Shown piece after piece: positions 45,593 through 45,593 of a stretch of DNA of 45,593 nt (positions are counted from its first letter, which is position 1; every line of letters starts with the position of its first letter). The stretch comes from Parcubacteria group bacterium GW2011_GWA2_47_21 (lineage in GTDB: Bacteria > Patescibacteriota > Minisyncoccia > Phycocordibacterales > DSPV01): positions 1 through 45,593 of the forward strand of contig LCOC01000001.1 of the NCBI GenBank assembly GCA_001000545.1. The letters run 5' to 3'. The position numbers and the translations under genes were made by a program. Below the pieces are notes generated by a model, which saw nothing but the letters and a program-made list of their open reading frames with translations, was not told the DNA's origin and searched no databases.

Positions 45593-45593
45593 G

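Overview
This is a chromosomal window of mostly housekeeping genes. The organism is inferred to be a Patescibacteria (CPR, Parcubacteria-like) bacterium, from its shortened AspRS/GluRS, a DUF5652-like gene, a split dcw cluster and scarce Shine-Dalgarno sites. Gene order: dnaJ, trpS, ABC exporter, aspS, scpAB, DD-carboxypeptidase, mraY-ftsW-murG, gltX, M23 peptidase, an AT-rich putative nuclease, SLT-like protein, typA, tRNA-Pro(GGG), uvrB, tRNA-Glu(CUC), murF-ftsI-ftsL-like-rsmH-mraZ (minus strand), dnaB-recR, rplU, rmuC, yqeY, mpg, tgt, FKBP, LOG, orphans and a LolCDE/FtsEX-type ABC pair. I saw no integrase, transposase or CRISPR array. The most unusual signals are non-coding. (1) tRNA-Glu is followed by an antisense copy and then a second sense copy of its own 3' end. 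(2) Short palindromes sit in-frame in dnaJ, gltX and tgt, and the dnaJ and gltX types also occur between genes. (3) There are two dispersed hairpin repeat families, one of which brackets a 3.2 kb orphan cassette. (4) tRNA-Pro has non-canonical D and T loops. (5) There are several candidate structured RNAs. (6) A TAnnnT-N6/7-ATG leaderless-type start pattern recurs across the window. All calls were made by eye; no searches or folding programs were run.
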